From assembly GCA_963841435.1 (NCBI GenBank), contig CAWJCS010000003.1:1152001-1216000 (forward strand): 64,000 bases of DNA, in the 5' to 3' direction. The position numbers and the translations under genes were made by a program. Shown here piece by piece: positions 37,827-47,692 of the stretch (its first letter is position 1; every line of letters begins with the position of its first letter). The notes below the pieces were generated by a model, which did not search any database, had not been told where the DNA came from, and saw only the letters and a program-made list of their open reading frames with translations. Origin of the DNA: an uncultured delta proteobacterium (GTDB lineage: Bacteria; Myxococcota_A; Polyangia; Polyangiales; Polyangiaceae).

Positions 37827-40800
37827 GTGACGCGTGCTCGCCTCGGGCTGCTCACCGCCGCCCTGGTGCTCGCCGGGTCGAGCCCGCTCTACGCGCAGTT
37901 CAATCCCGCTGGCCGCACGAAGAAGCCCCGCCCGACGCCCGCACCGGCGCACCGAGCCAGGCCGGCCCCCGGAAAGCCCACCAAGCCCGCCGCACCGGCA
38001 AAGCCCGTCGCGGACAAGGGTCCCGGACGCGAAGCGCTCATGGCGCGCTATCTCGGCGCCGCGCTGGCGCAACCCGGCGCCGAATTTCCGCTACAGCGCC
38101 TCGCCGAGCTCTACCGCGAGCGCGACGGCAACCTCGACGCGCTGATCGTCGAGCTCGAGCGGCGCGCCAACGGCTCCCCCGACGACCGATACGCCGCCCT
38201 GTTAGCGCTCGCCGGTGTCGAGAGCCTCGAAGGCCACGTCGATCGAGCGCTTTCGAGCTACGCCCGCGCGAGCACCGAGCGCCCCAAGAGCCCGGCCGCG
38301 GAGCTTGCCATCGCTCGCCTCCTCGAGCGACGCGGCGACCGCGCCGAGGCGCGCGAGCATTTCGCGGCGGCTCTCGAGCGCACGCAGGAGGACGCTGAGC
38401 GCGAGCAGATCCTGCGCTCGCTACGCGGCCTGTCGCTCGATCTGGGCGATCAGGCGGCCGCCGTGCGCTACCACGAGGAGCTCGTGAAGCGCGCCCACGG
38501 CTCGTTCTTCGTGCGCGCCGAGCTCGGGCGCGATCTGTTGGCGCGCGGGGAGAACCAGCTCGCCGTCGACGAGCTGCGCAAGGTCGTGAACGCGGCGAGC
38601 GGCGACAACCGGGTGCTCGCGCCCGCGCTCAGGGACCTCGGGCTTGCGCTGTCGCGCGCTGGCCGGAGACAGGAGGCGCTCGTCGAGCTCGAACGGGCGC
38701 TCACCGTCGCTGGGGCGAGCGCGGGGGTGCGGCGCGAGGTCTACCAGGCGATGACCGAGGTTTACCGCGCCGACGACCGCGTTCCGGAGCTCGTCGCACG
38801 GCTCGAGAGGTCGGGGGCGCGCGGCGCCGAAGAGCTCCGCCTGCTCGGAAGCCTGTACGAGGAGGGAGGCCAGATCGACAAGGCGCTCGCCACGTACCGG
38901 CGCGTGCTCGCGCTCGAGCCGAGTGACGTTTCGACGCACCTCAAGGTGGTGAGCCTGCTCGAGGCACAGGGTGCGCTCGAAAAGGCCATCGCCGAGTACG
39001 AGTCCTTGATTCGCGCTGCTCCGCGAAACCCCGAATACGTGTTCCGGCTCGTGGGCGCGCTCCTGCAGCGCGGTGACCGCGCGCGGGCCCTCCGGGAGCT
39101 CGCCGAGCTCGAAGCACGCTCCGGCAACGACGAGGACGTGCTCTCGGCGCTCGTCGAATACTACGAGCGCATCGGAGAAAAGGAGCGGAGCGTGGCCCTG
39201 CTCGAGCGAGTCGCGGCGTCGTCGACGCGCGATCCGCAGCATCTCGTGGAGCTTGGCACGCGCTACTTCGCCGCGGGTGACAAGGCACGCGCACGCGCCA
39301 CGTGGCAGCGCATCCGTCAAGTCGGCAGCGATCGCGTGAAGGCGCTGCTCACGCTGGGCGAGGTCCTGATGGAGCACGACCTCGTCAAGGAGGCGCTCGA
39401 GGCGCTGAGCGAGGCCACCAAGCTCGAGCCCGGTCCATCGCGAGCCCAGCGCGCCTATGCGCTCGGACTGGAAAGGGCCGGCGGCGGCGCGGCGACGCCC
39501 GAAGCCCGCCGCGCGCTCCACGACCAGGCGCTCGCGCTGTGGGAAAAACTCCTGCGCGAGGGCGGTGACAAGCCGGAGCTCGCGCGCGAGGCGCGCCAGC
39601 ACATCGTGACGCTGTGGGGGCTGCGTGGCCAGCTCGCGCAGCGCATGACGGGGCTCTTGAAGCGCTTCGCCCAGGACCCGCCGGATCTCGACGCGGGGCG
39701 ACTGCTTTCGGAAGCCGAAATTCGCCTCCGGCGCCACGCCGACGCCGAGCGCACGCTGCACAAGCTCATCGAACGGGCGCCGGGCGACCAGGAATCGCTC
39801 GAACGGCTCGAGCGCGTGCTCGTGCTCGAGCGCAAGCTCGGAGACGCCATCACGGTGCTCGAGCGGCTCGTCGCGCTCGAGCCCAAGCGCGCGCGCGAAT
39901 ACTACCAGCGCATGGCCGAGTACTCGGCCGAGCTGTACCGCGACGACGATGCGATCCGCTACGCCGCGCGCGCCGTCGAGCTCGGGCCCGACGACGCGGA
40001 CGGGCACGCGAAGCTCGGCCGCATGTACCGCCGGCGCCAGCAGAACGACAAGGCCATCGTCGAGCTTAGGCTCGCCATCTCGAAGAACGACCGAGCGTTC
40101 CCCGTGTACCTCGAGCTCTCCGAGCTGCTCGTCGAGAGCGGGCAGCTCGACGAGGCGGACTTGCTGCTGCGTCGGGTGATACGGGCCTCGCCCGACGAGG
40201 AGCTCGTCGTTCGCGCGGCGCGCCTCTCGATCCAGCTGAATCTCGGCCGCGGGACGCTGGAATCGCTCGAGCGCGACATCCTGCCGCTCGCGCTCGGCAA
40301 CCCGGAGCGCCCGATTTACCGACGTCTGCTGGTCGAAATCTACGGCACCCTCGCGTACCCGCTCGTGCACCGCGCACGGACCGGCTCGCCCGAGGAGGCA
40401 GCCCGGGCGCGTGCCGCACTCGAGAGCATCGGCGAGCGCGCCGTCAAACCGCTGCTCGACGCGCTCGGGGACGAGCGGGCAACGCAGCAGCAGGTAGCGA
40501 TCACCCTGCTCTCCCACGTCGGCACGCGCGCCGCCGGACCCGCGCTCGTTGCCTACGCGAACGGCTCCGCGGACGCCGACCTGCGCACGCGCGCCATGAT
40601 CGCGGCGGGCACGCTCGGCGACCCCTCGCTCCTGCCCCGCTTCAAGGCATTGCTCGCACCCGACGATCGGTTGCGCTCGGACTACTCCGACCCCGTGACC
40701 ACCGCCACGGCTTGGGCGGTCGCGCGCCTCGGCTCGGCCACGGCCAAACCCCTGCTCACGAGCTTGCTCGCGACGGACGCGCCGAGCCTGCGCGCGCTCG

Positions 40801-41897
40801 GCGCGATCGGGCTCGGCCTCGTGCACGACACCGCGTCGCTGCCAGCGCTCACGCGCCTCGCACGCTCCACCGACAGCGGCAACGTCGCGCGCGCGGCGGC
40901 GGCGAGGGCGCTCGGCATGCTGGGCGCGCGCAGCGAAACCGAGCTGCTCGCCGAGCTTGCGCACGCTCCGGACGCGATCCTGCGCGGCAGCGCCCTGCTC
41001 GCGCTGGCCGAGCTCAAGGCGCCCGAGGCGCCCCCCGCCATCGCGGAAGCGCTGCTCGACGACGATCCGGAGCTCCGCTCCGTCGCTGCGCTCGCGGCCG
41101 CCGCGACCTTCACTCAGAGCTACCGCGCGCCGCCCGATCCGTTGCCCCCGCCGGACGCGCGCGTCGACGCAAAGGAAGTGCTCCGCTCGATGCGACCAGG
41201 CCCCTACTCCGAGTCGGAACGCGTCGGCGCCCTCGAGCGACTCGCCCCGGAGCTCTCGCGGGCGGCAAGCTCGCTTGCGCTGAGCTCCCCGGAGCGCGCG
41301 CAGTCGGTCGTCGAGGCACTCGGTCTGGGTCGAGGACAGAACCCGGTCCCGGCGCTCGTCGGAGACGTGACGGGTGCGAATCGCGAGCGAGCAACCAAGG
41401 TCGTCGGCTCCATCGCGAGCACGCTCGTTCCGGTACTCGCGCCGCTTTCGACGCACCCGTACGCCGCGGTGCGCATCGCGGCCGTCGAGTTCCTGGGACA
41501 GCGACCGGAACCCGCCGCGAGGGACGCGCTGTTGCGCGCGCTCGACGATGCCGACTCGAGCGTGCGCCGGGCGACCGTGAGCTCGCTCGCCACCGCCGAC
41601 GAGCGCCTCGCTACCGCCGTCGCGGGGCGCCTCTCGGTCGAGCCCGACTGGGGCCTGCGCGTCGCGCTGTCGGAAGCACTCGCCCGCGTGGGAAGCGCCG
41701 CGCCTGCCGCCGCGATCAGCGCGCTCTCGCGCACCGTCGAGAAGGACGAATACGCGCTCGTGCGGGAAGCCGCAGCGCGGGCCATCCACGCCGTCGATCC
41801 GGTCGCGGCGCGGCCGCTGCTCGAGCGCGTGGGCAGGCAAGACGCCGAGCCCCGTGTTAGAGAAACCGCGTGGAAGCTCCTCGACGGCTCCCCCTGA
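37827..41897 (+). CDS. Large exported TPR + HEAT-repeat protein (~1350 aa)
   Basis: Signal peptide (…PLYA/Q), many TPR motifs (LG.LY..GQ.DKAL..YRR.L.LEP), then HEAT repeats (VR.AA..AL). Confidence 0.85.
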   Translation: MTRARLGLLTAALVLAGSSPLYAQFNPAGRTKKPRPTPAPAHRARPAPGKPTKPAAPAKPVADKGPGREALMARYLGAALAQPGAEFPLQRLAELYRERDGNLDALIVELERRANGSPDDRYAALLALAGVESLEGHVDRALSSYARASTERPKSPAAELAIARLLERRGDRAEAREHFAAALERTQEDAEREQILRSLRGLSLDLGDQAAAVRYHEELVKRAHGSFFVRAELGRDLLARGENQLAVDELRKVVNAASGDNRVLAPALRDLGLALSRAGRRQEALVELERALTVAGASAGVRREVYQAMTEVYRADDRVPELVARLERSGARGAEELRLLGSLYEEGGQIDKALATYRRVLALEPSDVSTHLKVVSLLEAQGALEKAIAEYESLIRAAPRNPEYVFRLVGALLQRGDRARALRELAELEARSGNDEDVLSALVEYYERIGEKERSVALLERVAASSTRDPQHLVELGTRYFAAGDKARARATWQRIRQVGSDRVKALLTLGEVLMEHDLVKEALEALSEATKLEPGPSRAQRAYALGLERAGGGAATPEARRALHDQALALWEKLLREGGDKPELAREARQHIVTLWGLRGQLAQRMTGLLKRFAQDPPDLDAGRLLSEAEIRLRRHADAERTLHKLIERAPGDQESLERLERVLVLERKLGDAITVLERLVALEPKRAREYYQRMAEYSAELYRDDDAIRYAARAVELGPDDADGHAKLGRMYRRRQQNDKAIVELRLAISKNDRAFPVYLELSELLVESGQLDEADLLLRRVIRASPDEELVVRAARLSIQLNLGRGTLESLERDILPLALGNPERPIYRRLLVEIYGTLAYPLVHRARTGSPEEAARARAALESIGERAVKPLLDALGDERATQQQVAITLLSHVGTRAAGPALVAYANGSADADLRTRAMIAAGTLGDPSLLPRFKALLAPDDRLRSDYSDPVTTATAWAVARLGSATAKPLLTSLLATDAPSLRALGAIGLGLVHDTASLPALTRLARSTDSGNVARAAAARALGMLGARSETELLAELAHAPDAILRGSALLALAELKAPEAPPAIAEALLDDDPELRSVAALAAAATFTQSYRAPPDPLPPPDARVDAKEVLRSMRPGPYSESERVGALERLAPELSRAASSLALSSPERAQSVVEALGLGRGQNPVPALVGDVTGANRERATKVVGSIASTLVPVLAPLSTHPYAAVRIAAVEFLGQRPEPAARDALLRALDDADSSVRRATVSSLATADERLATAVAGRLSVEPDWGLRVALSEALARVGSAAPAAAISALSRTVEKDEYALVREAAARAIHAVDPVAARPLLERVGRQDAEPRVRETAWKLLDGSP

Positions 41898-42430
41898 GCG
41901 TGATCTCGGCCGCGCTCGGCCTTGCCCTCTTTGCCTGCCGCTCGCTCGAGCGATTCGACACGGAGCCGCCCGCCGCGTACTGCGGCTCGCTCGTGGGCGC
42001 ACCGCTCTTTCACGAGGGGTTCGTCCCCACCGGAGCGCCACCGAGCCTGAGCCTGGAGCTCGAGCTCGACACGAACTCGTTCACGACGCGCCCCGGCACA
42101 CTGACCTCGAACGACCGCACGACGGGGTTCTGCAGCGACAAGGGTCGCCCCCTGTTCGAAGGAGCCTCGCTGCGCGCTATCCCGCAGCTTTCGAACGACG
42201 CGCTGTCGCAGGCCGATTTCGGCGAGGGGCACGACCACGATTTTTTCGCGTGGGTGGACTCGACGTGCCAGGGCACGATGCTCGCCGTCGTGTCCCTATT
42301 GAAGAATGGAGACGTCGAGGTGCGGCTGCTCAAGCCCGCCCCCGATCCGCCGCCGAGCGCCGGCCCCGAAAGGCAGCCGGGCTTCGCGCTCTTCTACCTC
42401 GTGCGCCACGAAACTGGCTGCAACTTCTGA
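41870..42430 (+). CDS. Hypothetical lipoprotein
   Basis: Lipobox LFAC. Overlaps the stop of the TPR/HEAT gene; typical codon usage. Confidence 0.7.
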   Translation: MEAPRRLPLSVISAALGLALFACRSLERFDTEPPAAYCGSLVGAPLFHEGFVPTGAPPSLSLELELDTNSFTTRPGTLTSNDRTTGFCSDKGRPLFEGASLRAIPQLSNDALSQADFGEGHDHDFFAWVDSTCQGTMLAVVSLLKNGDVEVRLLKPAPDPPPSAGPERQPGFALFYLVRHETGCNF

Positions 42431-42448
42431 CGAGACCCTGCGACGCGC

Positions 42449-43342
42449 TCAGCCAAACTCGACCGACCGCCGCGTGAACGACCCGCCGGCTGCTTCCCAG
42501 AAACCGGTGATCGGGAAGCGCACGCTCTCGGTTCCCCGTGAGGCGCCCGCGGCGACGATCACGGGCACGAAGTGCTCCGTCGTGGGCAGCGCCGTGCGCG
42601 CGGCGGGGCCGCGCGCCAGAAAGTCGATGAGTGCGTCATGGTCGCGCTTTTCCAGCACCTCTCGGACCCACGCGTCGAACTCGACGGCCCAGCTCGGCGT
42701 GCCGGGTCGAAACGCGAACCGCATGTTGTGCGTGAGAAACCCGCTGCCGACGATGAGCACCCCCTCGTTTCGCAGGGGTGACAGCACCTCCCCGAGCGCG
42801 TAGAGCTCTTTCGGGTCGAGCGAGGGCAGCGAGAGCTGCAGGACGGGAACGTCCGCCTCCGGGTACATGCAGACGAGCGGGACGTAGGCGCCGTGATCGA
42901 GCCCACGCTCACTCCTCGCGACATCCATGCCGCGCTCGGAGAGCAGCTCCTCGACACGCGCGGCGAGCGCCGGCGCGCCGGGCGCCGGGTACGTCACCTG
43001 GTAGTAGCGCTCCGGGAAGCCGTAAAAGTCGTAGGTGAGTGGGACCGTGTGCGTGGCGCCAAACGTCGCCGGGCGCTTTTCCCAGTGCGCCGACAGCATC
43101 AGCACGGCGCTCGGCCGCGGCAGGGCTTTCGACCAGGCACGAAGCTCACCGACCCAGCTCGCGTCGTCGAGCAGAACGGGTGCACCGTGAGCCAAGAAGA
43201 TCACGGGCATGGTGGCGGCGGCCGACGGGGTCTCGATGGGCATAGGCTTCGCGTCTTTCTTCCGACACGCCGGGAGGGCGAGCGCGCTCGTGCCGAGCAA
43301 GAGCTTCAACGTCGAGCGGCGATCGACCGGCACGCGACTCAT
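42449..43342 (-). CDS. DODA-type (LigB/YgiD-like) extradiol ring-cleavage dioxygenase
   Basis: FLAHGAP, SAHW, YDFYGFP, RGLDHGA, GSGFLTHN, PTTEHF. Confidence 0.9.
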   Translation of the reverse strand: MSRVPVDRRSTLKLLLGTSALALPACRKKDAKPMPIETPSAAATMPVIFLAHGAPVLLDDASWVGELRAWSKALPRPSAVLMLSAHWEKRPATFGATHTVPLTYDFYGFPERYYQVTYPAPGAPALAARVEELLSERGMDVARSERGLDHGAYVPLVCMYPEADVPVLQLSLPSLDPKELYALGEVLSPLRNEGVLIVGSGFLTHNMRFAFRPGTPSWAVEFDAWVREVLEKRDHDALIDFLARGPAARTALPTTEHFVPVIVAAGASRGTESVRFPITGFWEAAGGSFTRRSVEFG

Positions 43343-43419
43343 CCTTCTACCGCGCCGGTCGCTTCGCAAGCCCCCGAGCCGGCAAGCCCTGGTGCGCAGG
43401 TGGTGCTAAAGAGCGGCCC

Positions 43420-44490
43420 GTGCTCGTTCTGGGACTCGAGAGCTCCTGCGACGAAACCGGCGCCGCCGTCGTCCGCTCCGACGGACAGGTGCTGAGTGAC
43501 GTCGTGCAAAGTCAGGTCGAGGTGCACGCACCCTACGGCGGCGTGGTGCCCGAGCTCGCTTCCCGCGACCACCTGCGCAACGCCGACCCCGTGGTGCGCG
43601 AGGCCGTGACCCGCGCGGGCGTCCGGCTCGCCGACGTCGATGGGATCGCCGTCACGTGCCGCCCCGGGCTCACGGGTGCACTGCTGGTCGGTGTGCAGGT
43701 CGCGCGGGGGCTCGCCTGGTCGCTCGAAAAGCCGCTCGTCGGCGTCGACCACCTGGTCGGCCATCTGCTGTCGGTGTTCTTACGCTTCGAGGGCATCACG
43801 GGCCCCGAGCCGCCAGCGTACCCATTCGTGGCCTTGCTCGCGTCGGGGGGCCACACGGCGCTCTATCGTGTCAACGGCCCGGCGCTCACGGCAATCCGCG
43901 AGCTCGGCGCCACGCGCGACGACGCCGCGGGCGAAGCGTTCGACAAGGTCGCCAAGCTGCTCGGCCTCGGCTACCCGGGCGGCCCCGTCATCGACCGGCT
44001 CGCCCAGCAGGGCAACCCCGACGCGATCGAGCTCGTGTGGCCCATGCGCCGGCGGGGATCGCTCGAGTTTAGCTTCTCCGGCCTCAAGACGGACGTGATG
44101 CGCTGGGTCGAGCGGCACGGGCGCCCGGCGGACACCCGCGTCCTTTGCGACCTGTGTGCGAGCTTCCAGCGGCGCGTCGTGGACACGCTCGTGGGCAAGG
44201 CCGTCGTGGCCGCCACGCGCGAAGGGGTCCGAGCGCTCGTGCTGGCAGGCGGCGTCGCCGCGAACCGCGAGCTCCGAGAGCGTGCCGCTCGAGCGGCCGA
44301 GTCGCACGGCCTCAGACTCGTCGTGCCACCGTTTCGAGCCTGCACGGACAACGCCGCCATGATCGCGTACGCGGGGGCCCAGCGCCTCGCTCGCGGCGAG
44401 GACGACAGCCGAGCGCTCGAAACGAGCCCGAGCACGGCTCTCTTGCGCGCGACGAAAAAGGGGCCCGGCCGCCGCGCGGCGCCGCCCTGA
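43420..44490 (+). CDS. tsaD: tRNA N6-adenosine threonylcarbamoyltransferase
   Basis: LGLESSCDET, YGGVVPELASR.H, HL.GH, SGGHT, DDAAGEAFDKVAK, FSFSGLKT, CTDNAAMIA. Confidence 0.96.
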   Translation: MLVLGLESSCDETGAAVVRSDGQVLSDVVQSQVEVHAPYGGVVPELASRDHLRNADPVVREAVTRAGVRLADVDGIAVTCRPGLTGALLVGVQVARGLAWSLEKPLVGVDHLVGHLLSVFLRFEGITGPEPPAYPFVALLASGGHTALYRVNGPALTAIRELGATRDDAAGEAFDKVAKLLGLGYPGGPVIDRLAQQGNPDAIELVWPMRRRGSLEFSFSGLKTDVMRWVERHGRPADTRVLCDLCASFQRRVVDTLVGKAVVAATREGVRALVLAGGVAANRELRERAARAAESHGLRLVVPPFRACTDNAAMIAYAGAQRLARGEDDSRALETSPSTALLRATKKGPGRRAAPP

Positions 44491-44560
44491 GCTCGCCGCG
44501 CTCGGGGCGAACGCGTGTCCTTCGATGGCCGAACGGCGACGGTCCGGCGACGGCTCGAGC

Positions 44561-46481
44561 CTACTTCTTGGTCTTCTTCGTCGCGGCAGGCTTGCTTTTC
44601 GTCTTGCTTGCAGCCTTCGTCGGCTTCGCTTCGGGTGCGCTGATCAAGAGCTCCACGAAGTCCCGGCGCAGTCGCACACGGTAGGGGGGAACGCCGTCGC
44701 GGAACGTGAGTCGCACCTGCGCGCCGCCCGGCGTGTTGGTCGTGCGCAGACGCGCGATGCGCGTGTCGCGCTTGGCGATGGCGCCGCCCTCCTCCATGAG
44801 CTTCCTGCCCGGCACGAGCACCGTGAATCCGTTGGCGTCCGCCACACCGCGTAGCTCGCCACCCGGAGCGTCGAGCCTCAGGCGCGAGATGGTCGGCAGG
44901 TGCATCCGCCCGCGACCGAAGGGCGCGACGTCCTCGGGTCGCTTGGCGCTCCGCTCGTCGCTCTTCTTCGAGCTCGAGCTGCGCGGGCTCACCGCCTCGA
45001 CGAACTCCTCGTCCTCGGCGGCCGGAGGCGTGAGCGCCTTGGCGGCAGCAAGCTCGGCGGCCTCCTCGGCGGCTGACGTCCCCGTGGGCGGCGGTCCGAG
45101 CGGCGCCGGTTCCACGGTGGCGAGCGGCGTCGGGCCGAAGAGAGGCACGTTCGCCGTCACGGGAGCGCCCGGCGCCGGCGCGGCGGCCAGGCCCGTGGGG
45201 AGCGCGGGCGCCGGCGCGGCGGCGGTCGTCGGCGCCTGCGTCGCCGGCGCGGCGGGCGGCGGCAGAGCCTTCTTGTCGGCGCCGCCCGCGGAGTGCAGCG
45301 TCATCGCTGCGGCCGTTCCGAACAGCATGGTCGCAGCGACGCCGATGGCGATCTGCTTCTTCGTTGCCAGGCGGCGCGGCGGTGCGGCCTCGGGGCGTCC
45401 AGACTGGGGGCGTAGCCTGCGCCCCTCGCCGGAAGGGGGGGCTTCGGGGGCGGGCAACGTCGAGCGGCGTTTGACGGGCGCGTTCTTCTGCCTCATCGCG
45501 CGAAGCTTCGCGGGCATGCCGCCCATCGCCTTGCCGAGATCCTGGAAGGCCGAGAAGCCCCAGCGCATCGCGCGCCCGCTTGCATCACGCGCCACGACGC
45601 CCGCTTGCTCGGCAGCCACGCCGAGCCGCCGGGCGGCCCGCGCCGATGCGGACACCCCGGCATCGGCATCGGCCTCGACGCCGTCGGCGTCAACCGCGTC
45701 GTCTTCCTCGGCGGCCGGCTGGTCGCCGGACGGCTCGGGGTCGGCCGCGTCGGCTTGGACGCTCGCCGCGTCGGTGGTCACACGAGCGGCCTCGAGGCGC
45801 AGGGCCTGTGGTGCGGCCCCGGGCTCTCGCAGATCGGTCACGGTCGGCTGGGGCGTGTCCTCGGTCGCGCCCTCGTAGCGAAGCGCCACGACGAGCTCGG
45901 GCACCAACGTCTTCGGATTGATGAGCACCTCGACACCGTCGATGAGCGCCGCGCGGCGTCCGCCGGCCTCAACGTCCTCGACCTCGAGCCGGCGCCCGAC
46001 CCGGAGAAACTCGAGACTCGAGCCGACCTGGACCTTGCGCTTGCCGGCGAGGTTCTTCACGCGCGCCTTCATCGGCGAGCCGAGACCTTCGATGTGCAGG
46101 CGCACCCTGGAGCCTTCCGTCCCCTCGGCGGCGTCGGCGCCGCTCGGCTCCGTCGGCTTCAAGAGCCCCCGCAGCACGTCCACGCTGCGCGCGTCGAGCG
46201 CCGTGAAGCTCACGCCGAAGTCGCCGCCCTTCTCTCGCTCCTTGCGCCAGGCGACGACGCCTTCGACGACAATCTCTCGGCCCTGATCCTCGAAGCGGCA
46301 GACGAGCGGGGCCCCTTCGTCCGGAAGGTACGCGGTACGAAGGTGCATGCCGCGGGCACTCACGTCGAGCGACTCCGCCTCGAATGCCGGAATGCCGGGC
46401 TCGTTGCCGCAGAATCTCGACCAGCGTTTCGATGGCCACGCGGCCTGCGCCGGGGGCGCGTCGTTCCTGAACGTCCATCAT
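44561..46481 (-). CDS. PilZ-domain membrane protein (frameshift ~46413)
   Basis: The N-terminal ERR....R frame joins DVSARGM (DxSxxG)...GVVAW...FGVSF. Then one TM, a P/A linker and a small C-terminal beta domain. Confidence 0.78.
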
Positions 46482-46618
46482 GGCTGCCTCGGGGGGGCGC
46501 CTCGGAAGAGGGCCCGCCTGCCCCGGCGATAGGGCCTCGGCCGCCTGCGGGCCAAGTTTCGGGCGGCGCCCCGGGCCACCCGCGGGCAGGTTGCCCGCCG
46601 CCGAGTAGTATCGGGAGC

Positions 46619-47596
46619 ATGGCTCTGACGGTCGTGGTCCGCTCCGGCGACACCTCGGGACCCACGACCATCACGTTCGACGCTCCCCGCATCGTGATTG
46701 GCCGCGGCGAGGGGTGCGAGGTGCGACTGCCGGACCCGAGCGTGAGCCACCGGCACGCTTCGATCCGCCAGCGCGGCAACGACTACGTCATCGTCAACGA
46801 GGGCAGCACGAACGGCACCTTTGCGGGGCCCGTCAAGCTCTCGCCGCAGGCGCCTCGCGTTTTGCGGCAAAGCGAGCTGTTACGCGTCGGGCGAATTTGG
46901 CTCGAGGTCCGCGCCGAGCAGGCAGTGCCCACGGCGAACCCCCAGGAGACGACGCGCGAGATTGCCCTAGCGCTCGTGCAGGGCGCCATGCAGGCGCAGG
47001 GTGAGCCGCTCGTCGCCCGCATCGTCGTGGAGCAGGGTCCGGACGAGGGCAAACAGCTCGCGCTCGCCGACTTCGAGCGCACCTACGTGATAGGTCGCGC
47101 ACCCGACGCCGATCTCGTCATCTCCGACAACGACGCCTCGCGCCGCCACGTGGAAATCACGCGGCGTGGCGATCAGGTGTGCATCAAAGATCTCGGCTCG
47201 AAGAACGGCTCGACGCTCGACGACGCGCGCCTCGTCGCGGGCAAGGAAACGCGCTGGCCGCCGGGACTGCGCCTCGCCATCGGCACCACCCGGCTCTCCC
47301 TCGATGACCCGCTCGTCCAGGCGCTCGCCGAGCTCGAGGGGTGCAGCGACGAGGCGATGCAGAACGACGAGCGCGTCAACCCGCCCGCGCCCGAGGGGGA
47401 ATCGAGCCCTGCCCCCGCGGAGCCCAGGGGACGCGCCGCGGCCGCGCCCCTCGTCGAAGCCCCCCGCCCGGCGCTGGCCGCGGAGCGCACGAGCGGAGGC
47501 CGATTTCGCACCGCCAATCTCTTCGTAGCGCTGCTCGCGCTCGCCGTGCTGACGCTGAGCCTGCTCGGCCTGTCGTGGGTGCTCCGCTCGAATTGA
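46619..47596 (+). CDS. Tandem FHA-domain protein with C-terminal TM anchor
   Basis: IGR...SVSHRHA...GSTNGT and IGR...ASRRH...DLGSKNGS; hydrophobic C-terminus. Confidence 0.9.
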   Translation: MALTVVVRSGDTSGPTTITFDAPRIVIGRGEGCEVRLPDPSVSHRHASIRQRGNDYVIVNEGSTNGTFAGPVKLSPQAPRVLRQSELLRVGRIWLEVRAEQAVPTANPQETTREIALALVQGAMQAQGEPLVARIVVEQGPDEGKQLALADFERTYVIGRAPDADLVISDNDASRRHVEITRRGDQVCIKDLGSKNGSTLDDARLVAGKETRWPPGLRLAIGTTRLSLDDPLVQALAELEGCSDEAMQNDERVNPPAPEGESSPAPAEPRGRAAAAPLVEAPRPALAAERTSGGRFRTANLFVALLALAVLTLSLLGLSWVLRSN

Positions 47597-47692
47597 GGCT
47601 CGGGACGGGCGGCGCGTCGCCGAGCAACCGGGCTCTTGCCCACGCCGCAAGCGTCGCGCTGGCGACAGAGGGCGGCGCGCGACCAGCGCCGT

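Noticed and set aside
38421-42041. 1206-aa antisense ORF, and many other long overlapping ORFs (e.g. 16879-18993 +, 59160-60947 +)
   Set aside because: Shadow ORFs of high-GC coding strands: no motifs, Arg/Ala/Gly-rich, and opposite well-supported genes.
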